A stretch of DNA of 64,000 bases from an uncultured Methanomassiliicoccales archaeon (GCA_963695345.1 OY968769.1:352001-416000); one strand, 5' to 3'; shown: positions 37,069 through 49,825, counted from the first letter of the stretch. A program made the numbers and translations. The notes: generated by a model not told the origin, from the letters alone.

Positions 37069-38284
37069 TCAGTGCACGAAATCTACGCCGTCATCATTGC
37101 GCTGCCTTGGCTGGTGGTATTGGCTGGGTACCTGGCTTGGTGCGTACTGGGAAGTTCCCCTGGGCAACGTCTGGGTGCTCATCCCTGACCCCCTGGCGTC
37201 GAGCATGTACTTGCTCTTGGCGCCGGTGACAATGAGCAGCACCTTGATCGTTCCAATTAGTTCTGGCTCGATCGAACATCCCCAAATGATCCTCGCTCTC
37301 TCGCTGACTGATTTGGTCACGATCTCCGCCGCCTTCTGGGCCTCTCCGACGGTCATGTCGGGTCCGCCGACGACACGGATCAAAGCGCCCCTGGCCTGTC
37401 TCAGGTCGATCTCTCCCAGCATCGGGGAGGTTAGCGCTTCATGCACCGCGTCCTTGACCCGATCGTCAGAATCGGCATTGGCCTCGCCGATGCCGACGAA
37501 CGCCACCCCGCCCTCGTTCATGACCGTCTGGATATCGGCGTAGTCCAGGTTGACCAGTCCGGGCTTGGTGATGATCTCGGTCAGCCCCTTGATGGTCTGC
37601 ATGAGCACTTCGTCGGCCACCTTGAACGCGGCCTCGATCGGGAGCTTTGGCACCATCTCCAGGAGCTTGTCGTTCGGAACCACGATGGTGGTGTCGCAGG
37701 CTTGCCTCAGCTTGTTCAATCCCGACAGGGCGTTCTCCATGCGGATCGTCCCTTCCGCCTTGAAAGGAATGGTGACTACCCCCAGGGTTAGCGCCCTGAT
37801 CTGTTCCTTGGCGATGGCGGCGACGTAATGGGCCGAGCCGGTCCCAGTACCGCCCCCCATGCCCGCAGTGACGAAGACGATGTTCGCGCCTTTGAGGAAG
37901 TCCCGGATCTCGATGTCGTTCTCCCTCGCGGCCTCTTCCCCTACCTCTGGCCTCGCCCCTGCGCCAAGACCTCTTGTTTTGGATTTGCCGATCAGTATCT
38001 TCTTCGGGCGCCCGGATGGTCAGCAGGTGCTTGGCGTCGGTGTTGACGGCACAGAGCTGAGCCCCGCTTATGCCAGCATCGACGCAGCGATTGATGGTGT
38101 TACAGCCGCCTCCGCCACATCCAATGATCTTAATGCATACGTCCAGCTGCGCGGCGATGCGGAGCAGTTCCTCATCGCTCGCGCTCACTACCGGCGCTGC
38201 CGCCGGTTGGTTTTCCACACTTCCATTTGCCGGTTGCTTAGCTCCGGCAGTCGATAGCGCATCTTTTACCAATGAACTTGGCAT
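37069..38284 (-). CDS. ftsZ: Cell division protein FtsZ; one frameshift near 38007
   Basis: [32 protein letters not shown] (tubulin signature), PFKAEG, NDKLL, NLDYAD. An extra C in GCGCCCG breaks the frame. Confidence 0.95.
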
Positions 38285-38448
38285 TTGTGCATCCCCGAAT
38301 ATATAGCGACCTAGTTGATAATAAATATTTCTGAGGTCCAAATTTTAACTGGGTATGGAGAATAATGCGATGCTTCGGATAATTAGTTCCGCGGGTAGAG
38401 CAACGCCTGCCTTTATGGGAAAGGGACTTGCTCACGGTCCATGATCGA

Positions 38449-39165
38449 TCACCACAGGCGGTTCCCGCAATTGGGACAGAATTGATGCTCCACCGAGACG
38501 TTCAGGCCGCATCTCGGACAGACCCTGCGATCCTGAAATGTCTGCTGGACCCCGACCTGATTCGGTTGCTTCTTTTTCCTGAGGAGCAGGAACAAGATCA
38601 CCAGCACCGCAATGATGGCGACCACAGCCACAACGGCAATGACCAATATCAGTAGACTGAACCCGGAGTCGACTATCTGGACATTCACCGCACCAAAATC
38701 ATAGACGACCTGGACATTTCCCGCACTCGGAGATGCCCCTCCAGATGGCCTGCCCGTGTTATCGATCACCAGATAATACTCTGTTCCGGTCACCAGCTCC
38801 CCGACGTTGCTGGCGACGAAGGCCGTAGAAGCATTGAGCTGGCTCAGACTGGAGTAGGAGAATTGTCCATTGTTCTTATAGCTCTCGAAATTGTCCTTGT
38901 CGAGGACCAGCAGGTCCACGTTGGGCCCATACAGGACTGTCACGTTGAAGCTAAGGCCAGCGTCATCCATAGCCCTTACACCTCTCACCAGAAAGAAGCC
39001 GTTAGGCTCAATGGTCTTGATGCCGCTGTTGTAAACAGTGTTGAACGCATCCACGCCAGTTGCCAATGGACCCACCGTGAGGACCAAGAGTATGGCGACC
39101 ATCGTTGATACCAGAGACCTCCAGATAGCGCGCGTAATCTCACCGATGACATCCATTCGGTTCAA
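38449..39165 (-). CDS. Membrane protein with extracellular beta-sandwich domain and C-terminal zinc ribbon
   Basis: Signal-like segment, YYLVIDNT, TM helix, CPRCG...FCPNCG. Confidence 0.75.
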   Translation of the reverse strand: MNRMDVIGEITRAIWRSLVSTMVAILLVLTVGPLATGVDAFNTVYNSGIKTIEPNGFFLVRGVRAMDDAGLSFNVTVLYGPNVDLLVLDKDNFESYKNNGQFSYSSLSQLNASTAFVASNVGELVTGTEYYLVIDNTGRPSGGASPSAGNVQVVYDFGAVNVQIVDSGFSLLILVIAVVAVVAIIAVLVILFLLLRKKKQPNQVGVQQTFQDRRVCPRCGLNVSVEHQFCPNCGNRLW

Positions 39166-39322
39166 CTTTATTTATATCTTCTTCTGCTGAAAGAAGTCTT
39201 CATTGAATTGGTTTGATTCAGAACGAATGATCCTAGTTCCGATGAATGGCGTATCGGATCGATCGATGGCTGTCTGGACATGTGATGCCTTGCTCTTCTG
39301 CCGTTTCGACCCGAACAGAAGC

Positions 39323-39330
39323 TTTAAAAA
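39323..39330 (+). promoter_or_regulatory. Archaeal TATA box upstream of the flavodoxin gene
   Basis: TTTAAAAA about 28 nt before ATG 39358. Confidence 0.4.
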
Positions 39331-39357
39331 ACGATAACAGGTTCTTGACCGGTGGGC

Positions 39358-39800
39358 ATGAAGTCTCTTATTGTGTATGCATCAGTATCTCATGGTAATA
39401 CCGAAAAGGTGGCCAGGACTATCGGGGAGGTCCTTGGGGCGGATGTGATGGATGCAAAAGTGGTCGATCCGACCGTCATACAGACCTATGACCTGATAGG
39501 ATTCGGATCGGGATCTTCTATGGAAAATTCCATGCACGACTTCTGAAACTAGCGGAGATGATGCCTTCCGGAAAATCCAGGGCCTTTGTCTTCTCCACCA
39601 GCGGATTTGGGACGACCGATCCGCATGCTAAATTGTGGCAGGTCCTCGAATCCAAGGGATTCTTCAAAGGGGGCGACTTCGCGTGCAAAGCTTTGGACAC
39701 CTGGGCTCCCTTCAAGCTGGTTGGCGGCCTAAACAAGGGGAGGCCTGATGCCAGCGACCTCGAGAAGGCCAGGGAATTCGCGAATGGGCTCAAGAACTAA
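39358..39800 (+). CDS. Flavodoxin family protein; frameshift near 39511
   Basis: LIVYASVSHGNTEKVA, YDLIGFGSG(IFYGKFH), AFVFSTSG, GGLNKGRPD. Confidence 0.85.
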
Positions 39801-39876
39801 GCAAAAATATTCGGCGCGACCCCCGAAGAATGCCTTAGCGACGAAAGTGATTTGGGACGGTCAGATTGACCGTTCA

Positions 39877-40350
39877 TCACCGGTTCTCGTAGGCTGCCAC
39901 TAGGTCCTTGATGATCAGTTTGTCCATCTTCAGCATAGCTTCCATCACCCTTTGTGCCTTCAAGGGATCCTGATCCCTTAACATCTCGTTCAGAACAGTG
40001 GGAACGATCTGCCAGGACAATCCGAACTTGTCCGTGAGCCATCCGCACCGATCCTTGCGGCCCCCCTGGGAAAGCTCATCCCAGAAGTGGTCCACTTCGT
40101 CCTGGTCCTTGCAGTCCACGAACATCGATATGGCCGGGGTGAAATTGTATACCGGCCCGCCATTGAGCGCGAAGAACTCCTGTCCCTCAAGCTGGAATGT
40201 CACCGACATCACCGTTCCTTCCTGTCCCGGCCCCATTTTCCCATACCGGACTATCGTGCCTTTCTTCGAGTTCTTGAACACTGACGTATAGAAGTTCATG
40301 GCCTCTTCGGCATTATTATCGTACCATAGGAATGGAGTTATCTTCTGCAT
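39877..40350 (-). CDS. VOC / PhnB-like (3-demethylubiquinone-9 3-methyltransferase family) protein
   Basis: MQKITPFLWY, ALNGGP, CGWLTDKFGLSWQIVP. Confidence 0.9.
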   Translation of the reverse strand: MQKITPFLWYDNNAEEAMNFYTSVFKNSKKGTIVRYGKMGPGQEGTVMSVTFQLEGQEFFALNGGPVYNFTPAISMFVDCKDQDEVDHFWDELSQGGRKDRCGWLTDKFGLSWQIVPTVLNEMLRDQDPLKAQRVMEAMLKMDKLIIKDLVAAYENR

Positions 40351-40532
40351 GCATTCGATTTGACAGCGTGGATTATTTAGTGGTTTGCAGAATATTCCTG
40401 ATGATTAGCTATCTTAGTGAAATTGTTGATCGCTGCATCGAGGAATTACAATCGTTAACTATCCGAATGCAATTATTCATCATAATCAATTTACTTATAC
40501 TTGGTTCCCACCTATTTTAAGAGGGCAATCTA

Positions 40533-41273
40533 GTGCGAAGGGGGCGGAATGCCGCAGCGATGATGTTAGTCGCGTTTCTATTCTTAGGCGATGTCATGTT
40601 TTTATCGCAGGCTAACGCGGCGAATACGAAATATGGTTGCGAAACATCGGAACCGAACGGTCACGATGTGTCACAATCTCAAGCAGGAAGGCCGGCGGTT
40701 TCATTTGAGCAAGAGGTAATGGTTGTCCCCCAAATCGTCCCGGATGCCTGGGAATCCAGCCATCGTTTGAGACAGCCATATCAGGGACTAGTAATTGCAT
40801 CGTCAATGCCCGTCGGATGCCTGTGCAGCGTTACTGTGTCGAGTGCCATGACGGTTCTCCCGAATATGAGGGAACCATCCCAGTTGAACACATCCAGGTG
40901 TTCCAATTGCTCAATCACCTTGAAATGGAATGCACCATCAGTCTCCACCGGATTGACCGGATATCTTGTCCAAGTTTCTGATACAGATTCCTTCGAGACG
41001 ATATTGAGGAACCTTACGGTGACGTCGAGCTACAATAGCATAACGGTCTCTGAACTAAGCGATGACGCTGAATACTACTTCAGGGTCCAGGGATTATTCA
41101 ACGGGACTGGGGGACAATTCTCCGCAGCCGTCCATTCTGGTCCTGTAGCAATTCAGGATGAGAACATGATCGACACGAATCTTATGATGGGAACGGCGCT
41201 GGTGATCGCCATCTTGGCGTTGTTTGATTTCATGACGCTATACACCAAGATGAAAGGGAAATTACATCACTAA
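40533..41273 (+). CDS. Secreted fibronectin type III domain protein with C-terminal TM
   Basis: Signal peptide; ITLKWNAP...GYLVQ...LSDDAEYYFRVQG; hydrophobic tail. Confidence 0.7.
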   Translation: MRRGRNAAAMMLVAFLFLGDVMFLSQANAANTKYGCETSEPNGHDVSQSQAGRPAVSFEQEVMVVPQIVPDAWESSHRLRQPYQGLVIASSMPVGCLCSVTVSSAMTVLPNMREPSQLNTSRCSNCSITLKWNAPSVSTGLTGYLVQVSDTDSFETILRNLTVTSSYNSITVSELSDDAEYYFRVQGLFNGTGGQFSAAVHSGPVAIQDENMIDTNLMMGTALVIAILALFDFMTLYTKMKGKLHH

Positions 41274-41328
41274 CTGATGCGTGCGCTTGACCTTGGTTAT
41301 CATGGCACTGGTAAGCGATACCCGATCT

Positions 41329-41676
41329 TCAGAGCTTGCCCTTGATGTTGTGATCTCCGCCAATCCTCTTGGATTCGGAGGACCCTTTTATCCATGAGCT
41401 CTTCTTTCGGTCTTTCTTCTGACCGCTGGTTCCCTCGATCGCACCTTCCCCTTGGTCGATCGCCTTCTTGCTGTCATAGGGCGCCAATCTTTCGGCCGGA
41501 CCGACCATACTGTTCACGCCCGCGCCCGGATGGGATGCTCCAGTTCCTATCTCGATGCGATCCGGATTATTGTCCATGTTTGCGGCTCCTCTCTTCACCT
41601 CGGCCGCCCTCTTTGCCGCCGCCTCTGCGTTGTCCATCCTAGTAACCCTTTCCCGCATGTTATTGGAATGTTTCAT
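41329..41676 (-). CDS. Hypothetical hydrophilic protein
   Basis: 115-aa ORF, no recognised motif. Confidence 0.45.
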   Translation of the reverse strand: MKHSNNMRERVTRMDNAEAAAKRAAEVKRGAANMDNNPDRIEIGTGASHPGAGVNSMVGPAERLAPYDSKKAIDQGEGAIEGTSGQKKDRKKSSWIKGSSESKRIGGDHNIKGKL

Positions 41677-41945
41677 GTTAGCGACCTGATGTCATAACCA
41701 TACCTGTCATGTTGATGTACTTATTGGATGTAACTTGTGCTTTGTTGTAACTTGAATTTTTGATAAGCAGGCAAAGCCTTTCTAATACCGTCCATTGGTA
41801 TTGTCTGGTCCTCTTGACTAGACATGGATCGGCCATCGCTCTGAAGGATTCGTTGTCACAGAAAAAGGTGCGGTTATCCTTTTGCTACAAAGTACGATCA
41901 ATTTTGGTTGTTAGGATGCTTTAGTTCATATAGGAGACTAGAATT

Positions 41946-41960
41946 GACTGACGGTCAGTC
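41946..41960. promoter_or_regulatory. Palindromic putative TetR operator
   Basis: GACTGAC-G-GTCAGTC perfect inverted repeat 3 nt before the TetR start codon. Confidence 0.65.
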
Positions 41961-41963
41961 GAA

Positions 41964-42629
41964 GTGATTAAAACGCCTAGAGTAACCAAACCCGCATCGG
42001 ACCGCCGACTCGAATTCATCAACGCTGCTGAAGCACTGTTCAACGAGAAGGGGTTCGAGAACACATCCATCGATGACATCGTCCATCGCATAGGTGTCGC
42101 AAAAGGCCTGTTCTACTATTATTTCAGATCTCGAGAGGATCTCCTCGCCGCCATCGTCGATCGCATATTGGACGAGGTGGAACAGATCGTGGTCCAGGCG
42201 ACGAAACGGGAAGGTCTGACCGCCATGCAACGGCTTCAGGAGATGAGCCTTTCCCACGATGTCGTCCGTGTCCGCTCCGGGAAACTGATGCAGTATTTCC
42301 ATGAGGAGCGCAACCAGGCACTCCACCTCCAACTCGAAGTTCGCACCATGAAATTCCTGGTACCCGCGATGGAAGCGATCATCAGACAAGGAGTCGAGGA
42401 GGGTGTTTTCGATACCCCTTTTCCGCAGGAGACGGCCGTGGCGCTGTTCGGGATCAAAGGGGTCATCGCCCACGCCGATTCCGGGACAGATTATTGCATG
42501 GACGGAGAAAGAAGCATCCAGATCATCGCGTTCCTATCGGAGCGCCTGCTCGGAGCCAAGGAAGGGACATTCCTGGAGTTCCTGAGAGAACTAAAACGCC
42601 ACAGCCCGGAGAGCGGCTGCGGTAAGTGA
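41964..42629 (+). CDS. TetR/AcrR family transcriptional regulator
   Basis: AAEALFNEKGFENTSIDDIVHRIGVAKGLFYYYFRSREDL. Confidence 0.92.
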   Translation: MIKTPRVTKPASDRRLEFINAAEALFNEKGFENTSIDDIVHRIGVAKGLFYYYFRSREDLLAAIVDRILDEVEQIVVQATKREGLTAMQRLQEMSLSHDVVRVRSGKLMQYFHEERNQALHLQLEVRTMKFLVPAMEAIIRQGVEEGVFDTPFPQETAVALFGIKGVIAHADSGTDYCMDGERSIQIIAFLSERLLGAKEGTFLEFLRELKRHSPESGCGK

Positions 42630-42656
42630 TTTACGATCAAAGAAGGAAGTGTTACG

Positions 42657-44321
<1,665 letters not shown>

Positions 44322-44370
44322 GGCGAAAAACCTTTTTCATTTCCTTTTTTCCGGTTTTCCACAACCCGCT

Positions 44371-44580
44371 TCATTTTCTGATGAGTTTCGACACGATGAT
44401 CGTGGCAATGAGGGCGGCCAATATCATCGTTACCGGCAGAAGGATGAAGAAAGACGGGTCCGAATCGACAGTACCCCTCGACCCGATGGCCAACGCGATG
44501 CCGTATCCAGCGGCCATACCGATCACTAGAAGGTATGCGGCCGGAGGCCACCGGACCCACGACGAGAGGTGACCGTTCAT
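44371..44580 (-). CDS. Small two-TM membrane protein
   Basis: 69 aa with two hydrophobic stretches. Confidence 0.45.
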   Translation of the reverse strand: MNGHLSSWVRWPPAAYLLVIGMAAGYGIALAIGSRGTVDSDPSFFILLPVTMILAALIATIIVSKLIRK

Positions 44581-44816
44581 ATCATGACCTTCATGAAGTG
44601 ATATCGCGATGCTTCATCTAGTCAGGCAGGAGGTCATAATTGTTGGCCCTCACTGTCAAAAAGTGCCATGATGGAGGGACCGACTGGACCGAAGTATTCC
44701 GAATTTGATACTATCGATGATAGTACCATTTTTATAGAGATCCCGCATTGAGCGCTTGAAGAATGCGTTTGAGATCCCAAGGGTGTCATCACATTCATTC
44801 CGGTCCGGTGAGATAA

Positions 44817-45098
44817 ATGCAAAAATGCTGGAATTGCGGATCAGATGTCCCAGAACAAGCTACCTATTGCCCCAAGTGCGGAAAGACATTCATTGCCACG
44901 TCCCCTGGTTCCCCCCAACAGGCGGGACCGAACGGACAAGCCCCACCGTATCCCATCCCTCCCTATCCCTTCTTCCAGAGCTATCCATATCCACCAATCC
45001 CAGGAGGTCAATTGGAACGGAAGGTGGACAGCCTCCGCAATCTGGTGATGGCGGTCCTCGCCCTGCAGGTATTCTTCATTCTCCTGATCTTCCTCTGA
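44817..45098 (+). CDS. Zinc-ribbon protein with Pro-rich linker and C-terminal TM
   Basis: CWNCG...YCPKCG; GGTGA RBS. Confidence 0.75.
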   Translation: MQKCWNCGSDVPEQATYCPKCGKTFIATSPGSPQQAGPNGQAPPYPIPPYPFFQSYPYPPIPGGQLERKVDSLRNLVMAVLALQVFFILLIFL

Positions 45099-45205
45099 CG
45101 GACCTCCGGTCCTTCATGCCTTGAAACGGCTTTAGAGCCGGTCAGCCAGCAACTGGAAGGTCACGATGAACATGAGCAGCACCTGGAATATCGGAAACGC
45201 CAATT

Positions 45206-47407
45206 TCAACCCCTATACCGATACTTGCCCATGGGCACTCGTATCTCAAAGCGCGCGCCTTCGCCGGCCACGCCGTTCTCGATGATTGATATGCGGGTCA
45301 TGTTCAGGATCTCCTGGATGAGGAAAAGCCCCAGTCCGGTGTTCTTTCCATAGCCGTGCAGGAATATCCTTTCCTTCTCTTCCGCAGGGACACCGACCCC
45401 ATCGTCCCGGTACACCAGGACCAGCCCTCCTTCATCTTTCGTGCATTCAAGCCATATGTTCTTGACACGCACGCCATGCCGTACCGAATTGTCGATCAGG
45501 TTCTGTAAAACCTTCTCCAGCATCGGATTGGCGTACAACTCCAGGTTATTGCAGGCATCGGCGATCTGGACCGGATGGATGGTTGACAATCTCCCCACTA
45601 TCTCGTCCATGCGCTGCCAAACCGGGTCCTGCCCACTCAGGTCCTGCAGGTCGCTGGTAAGTTCAAGTTCGGAACGGATGCCCCTGACCGAGATGGCGGC
45701 CTTGGTCAGCAGGACGTTAGTATCCATGTCGGTCAGCCGCCGGGAGGCCAGCTCCAGATAGCCGAGCGCCGCCCCGACCTTGTTCAGGCAGTCATGCCTG
45801 GTGATGTTGGTCATCAGGTTGAGCTGTCGGTTCATCCGGCGCAGCGCCTCTTCGCTCTTCTTTCGTTCCGTGATATCGGTGAAGGTGCCCGTCCATATCA
45901 CCGACCCGTCCCCTCGCTCGGAGGAGGGAGAGGCCGTTCCCAGTATCCACTTGATGGATCCATCCAGATCGACGATCCTGAACTCCTTCTCCCATAGTGC
46001 CATGGAGATCATCGCTGAATAAACCGATTCCATGATCGGTTCGGAATCCTCATCGTAGATCGCCTCTATGATCCGACCTATGTCATCATACCATGTCTGG
46101 AGCGGGAGGTTGATGATCTTCTCCGCCCCTTTGCTGACGAACAGGAACTGAATCTTCCCGTCCGAAGTGATCTCCACCTGGTACACGATGTTCGGCGTCA
46201 GGTCGGTGATCATCTGCAACCGGGCCTTTCCTCCCTCAAGCTCCTCGGTCTTGGCCTGCAGGTCCTGCTTGATCTCCACCAGATCGGTGACATCGTCGTT
46301 CATCATTAGAACGTGGACCATGCCGTTGAAAGTTATGAACCTGGCCGACGTCATCAGATGTCTTTTCCGACCGTCGGATTGGGTGATGCCGGTGGGATAC
46401 TGGTCGATGGCACCTCCTTGCCTTGAGAGCTTGTCGGATAGCGCTTGATACTCGGAGGCATCGACATATCCCAGTTCGACCGGGGTCTTTCCCACGATGT
46501 CCACCTTCTTCATTCCCACCATTTCCTGATGCTTTTCATTGACGTCCACGAACCGGCCCTCGATATCGTTCAGGGTCATGGACAGTGGGCTCTTGTCGAA
46601 TAGGGAGTGATAAAGTTCCTCACTCTCCCGGAGTGCCTGTTCCGCCTTTTTGCGTTCGACGATGGAGCGGGTGGTGATGACCATCCCATCGACGTTGGGA
46701 ATCCCGAACATGTTCCTGCCGACCGCCTCCACTGGTATGTATTGGCCGTCGATCTTCTTGATCCGGAACTCGGTCGGCACGCCATCCTGACTGTTCTCCC
46801 TGACCAACCGCATCTCGTTCAACACGTTGCCGTGGTCATCGGGATGGATGATCTCCAGGGGATTCTTGCCCACTAGGTAGTTCTCGTCGTAGCCCAGGAT
46901 CCTCTCTATCGATGAAGAGCTGTAGACCACAATCCCGTTCTTGTCCAGGATGGTGATGAAATCGGACGAGTTCTGAACCAGGTTCCGGAAGCGGTTCTCG
47001 CTCTCGGTGAGCAGCCTCTTCGCCCTTCGGGACTCGTCCGACCTCCTAATCATATTGGCCAGCTCGGTGAACTGGGCTTTCGGATCACCCCCTTTCTGAA
47101 GGTAATAGCTGGCTCCCAGGTTGAGCGCGTCAACCGCGACGCTCTCCCGCCCCTTACCGGTGAACAGAATGAAGGGCAGGTCACAGTTCCGATCCTTCAT
47201 GGCCTTGAGCAATTGGAGCCCACTCATTGAAGGCATCTGATAGTCCGATACAACGACGTCGATCTCCTCAAGTCCGATCCTGGATAGGGCCTCGTGGGCG
47301 GAACTAGCGACAACCACCTCGATGTCCTGATGACCTTCAAGAAATATCTTGGTCAGATCGAGAAGGGTAGGTTCATCATCGACAACCAGGGTCTTGATCT
47401 TTCTCAT
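45206..47407 (-). CDS. Hybrid REC-PAS(x3)-histidine kinase
   Basis: LVVDDE, SDYQMP, FTGKG; PAS repeats; TRHDCLN, NLIDNSVRHG, DDGVG, GLGLFL. Confidence 0.92.
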   Translation of the reverse strand: MRKIKTLVVDDEPTLLDLTKIFLEGHQDIEVVVASSAHEALSRIGLEEIDVVVSDYQMPSMSGLQLLKAMKDRNCDLPFILFTGKGRESVAVDALNLGASYYLQKGGDPKAQFTELANMIRRSDESRRAKRLLTESENRFRNLVQNSSDFITILDKNGIVVYSSSSIERILGYDENYLVGKNPLEIIHPDDHGNVLNEMRLVRENSQDGVPTEFRIKKIDGQYIPVEAVGRNMFGIPNVDGMVITTRSIVERKKAEQALRESEELYHSLFDKSPLSMTLNDIEGRFVDVNEKHQEMVGMKKVDIVGKTPVELGYVDASEYQALSDKLSRQGGAIDQYPTGITQSDGRKRHLMTSARFITFNGMVHVLMMNDDVTDLVEIKQDLQAKTEELEGGKARLQMITDLTPNIVYQVEITSDGKIQFLFVSKGAEKIINLPLQTWYDDIGRIIEAIYDEDSEPIMESVYSAMISMALWEKEFRIVDLDGSIKWILGTASPSSERGDGSVIWTGTFTDITERKKSEEALRRMNRQLNLMTNITRHDCLNKVGAALGYLELASRRLTDMDTNVLLTKAAISVRGIRSELELTSDLQDLSGQDPVWQRMDEIVGRLSTIHPVQIADACNNLELYANPMLEKVLQNLIDNSVRHGVRVKNIWLECTKDEGGLVLVYRDDGVGVPAEEKERIFLHGYGKNTGLGLFLIQEILNMTRISIIENGVAGEGARFEIRVPMGKYRYRG

Positions 47408-47519
47408 TCGCCGAGCTTCCTGACATATTGTGTAGATTCAAGTCGATATAAAAACGTAGGAGCTATGAGTTCCGTCGATGAGATTACCATCGTTCATTCA
47501 ATGCAATTATCCCATTCCA

Positions 47520-48386
47520 CTAACAACTCACTGAATCGTCGATCTTGGAACGTTCCGGTTTATGTGCCCGCGCCTTCCATTTCCCAGAGATCACCCTTTC
47601 GATCTCGGCCACCATTTCCTCAATGCGGTAGGGTTTAGGCATGACCCCGCTGAATCCATAAACGATATAATTGGCCATTACAGGATTATCCGAATATCCG
47701 GAGGACACTGTGGCCAGCGCTTCGGGATCGATGACCAACAGTCTCCAGTACCCGGTTGAAGAACAGGCTTTCCTTGGTCTCAACCGCTTGCTTGACCCGG
47801 GCTCGGTAGTTGTCCCCGATAAGGCGCATTTTCTCAGACTGGACAATGTCGACTTGATCAAGGACCGCCCACACTGGGGAACCAATTACAGTGGATTTCT
47901 TCATCCCAGTGATTGTCTCCATGGCCTGGTTCCATTCTCTGACCGCTCCCAGGTCATCCACAAGAAGGATTCCTTCCATCGACTGCTCGACGAAAGAACG
48001 GAAACGCTCCTCTGAATCGATAAGTTCTGTCTTAACCCGGAACCACTCACTCAGGTTCCGGATTATGGCGATGGTCAATCTTTCGCCGTTTTCCATCATG
48101 ATCGAATTCGACACCTCGACCGGGATGCGTATGCCATCCTTCGTACAACCACCCGGTCGAAAATGGTGTGACCCTGGACCTTGAGTTCCTCCATGTGGCG
48201 TTCTGACAATGGCTTATGGGTGTCGGAAAAATCTGAGATCTTGCGCCCGATCAGATCTTCCCGTCGATATCCTAGAAGTGCCCCGGCCGCTTCATTGGCT
48301 TCGAGGATGGTCGTGTCAGCCCTGTGTACAAGAATCGCGTCCCTCGAAGATTCGAAAATCGCTTTGGAGTAGTCGAGCATCGGCAC
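47520..48386 (-). pseudogene. Internally deleted PAS-PAS-(kinase)-REC gene remnant
   Basis: PAS fragments (48096-48386, 47686-48114) join near 47740 to the C-terminal half of a receiver domain (IDPEALATVSSGYSDNPVMANY...KPY); kinase core absent. Confidence 0.65.
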
Positions 48387-48547
48387 TATCCGATTCCTGG
48401 AGCCAATATAGTGTATTAAACCAGCCCATCTCAGTTACCATATTTGATAATCCTCGGATATTATGCTGGCATCCCAATTTCTCAGAGGAAAAAATGATTC
48501 CAGCTGAACAGATCCGGAAATCGCCGGAGCTCAGATGTTGACAACAC

Positions 48548-49657
48548 CTATCCCCCCAGAAGACTGACAAGGAAGTCCCATAAAGCGGTCAGCACCGTGA
48601 AACCGCTGGCGAGGGCAAATAATAGCACAGCGATCTTCAACGTCGTTGGGGACAAGTTGATTGTTGTGGTCCCGTCCTCTAGTTTTTCAATGAACTTCCT
48701 ACCCAGCATGAGCTTGGGCGGTTCATACATCCGGCGCAGGTGGTTGTATATCACTGTGTCGGTATCCTCATGAGTCGTCTGTCCCTGGAGCTTGTAAAGC
48801 AGATATCCTTTCAACAACGCAATTAATCCCAGAATGGAGGATGCTGTGTCCTCGGGGTCATACCAGTTGCCATCTGCATCCTGATGTCTAACGAACCAAT
48901 CGATGATTACGTTCAACTTCGTTGGATCATCATAGGGAAAGTGGTCGGAACTGGCAAGAGCCCAAACTATCTGTCCGTTTGACCATGGCTCACCGGTCCA
49001 AAGCGTTTCCTCATCGATGGTGTTCAACAAGTAGTCCGAGGCCCTCTGGGCACTCTCCTTGAATCTTGCTTCATCTAGGAGGCAATATCCCTTTGACTTC
49101 TGCTTGTTGCATATCGATTGGACCACTTTGATGAAATATGCTGAGTAATGAGGGGCTATGATGGCCCCATTTGGTTCCTGGATCTCCATCAACCATCTTG
49201 CACCCTGGCATGCCTCATCCATGGCCAGATTGTCTCCAGATTCGGATATTGCCATAATGGCCCATGATGTCTCCCAGGGCTCATCTTCCCAATTTGGCCT
49301 TTTATGATAGTGGAAGACCTTCTTCAGGAAACCAATACCGCTCGTGATGACTGGATCGGTTGGTGGAAGCCCCATGCGGAGAAGGGCGATCAAGGCCATT
49401 GATGAATCGGAGACGTTCTCATCCCAAGAGGAAACATTCGGCTCCATTTCATGTTGTTGCGAGATCAGCCAATTCCTGACCGCAACAATCCAGGGGGAAC
49501 TCTTCGGTTCTCGAATGGTCAAAGCCATTGCGACAAGGGCTGTGTGGTCGACAAGCTTCCAATTTGCGTTACCTTGTCCTGCCAGGAAGAGCCATTCATA
49601 TCCCAGACTTACAGTCCGATAGACTTCTCTTTCGATATGGTCATCGGTCACGATCAT
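48548..49657 (-). CDS. Prenyltransferase / squalene-cyclase-like alpha-alpha barrel protein with C-terminal TM
   Basis: QW-like repeats WLISQQ, WLMEIQEPNG, WFVRHQDADGNW; DHTALVAMAL, ETSWAIMAI, DTASSILGL. Confidence 0.7.
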   Translation of the reverse strand: MIVTDDHIEREVYRTVSLGYEWLFLAGQGNANWKLVDHTALVAMALTIREPKSSPWIVAVRNWLISQQHEMEPNVSSWDENVSDSSMALIALLRMGLPPTDPVITSGIGFLKKVFHYHKRPNWEDEPWETSWAIMAISESGDNLAMDEACQGARWLMEIQEPNGAIIAPHYSAYFIKVVQSICNKQKSKGYCLLDEARFKESAQRASDYLLNTIDEETLWTGEPWSNGQIVWALASSDHFPYDDPTKLNVIIDWFVRHQDADGNWYDPEDTASSILGLIALLKGYLLYKLQGQTTHEDTDTVIYNHLRRMYEPPKLMLGRKFIEKLEDGTTTINLSPTTLKIAVLLFALASGFTVLTALWDFLVSLLGG

Positions 49658-49663
49658 TTCCGA

Positions 49664-49825
49664 TCACCCCATCGTCCGATGGTTGAAATGAACTGATCTT
49701 GAAAAAGATGGACCGTTACCACAATATCTGCGAATCACCGGTTTGGTTGCTGTTGATGTTCGCTTGTGATCATCGAATATCAATTCGATCGCTAACGCTT
49801 TTGCTATTACAGATGACCTATCCAA
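49664..49825 (-). CDS. Putative 53-aa peptide upstream of the alpha-alpha barrel gene
   Basis: TTG start after GGGGGA; MDRSSVIAKALAIELIFDDHKRTSTATKPVIRRYCGNGPSFSRSVHFNHRTMG; stop lies 6 nt before the next ATG. Confidence 0.35.
   Translation of the reverse strand: MDRSSVIAKALAIELIFDDHKRTSTATKPVIRRYCGNGPSFSRSVHFNHRTMG

Noticed and set aside
48548-49657. Bona fide squalene-hopene cyclase
   Set aside because: About half the expected length and no DxDD catalytic motif.
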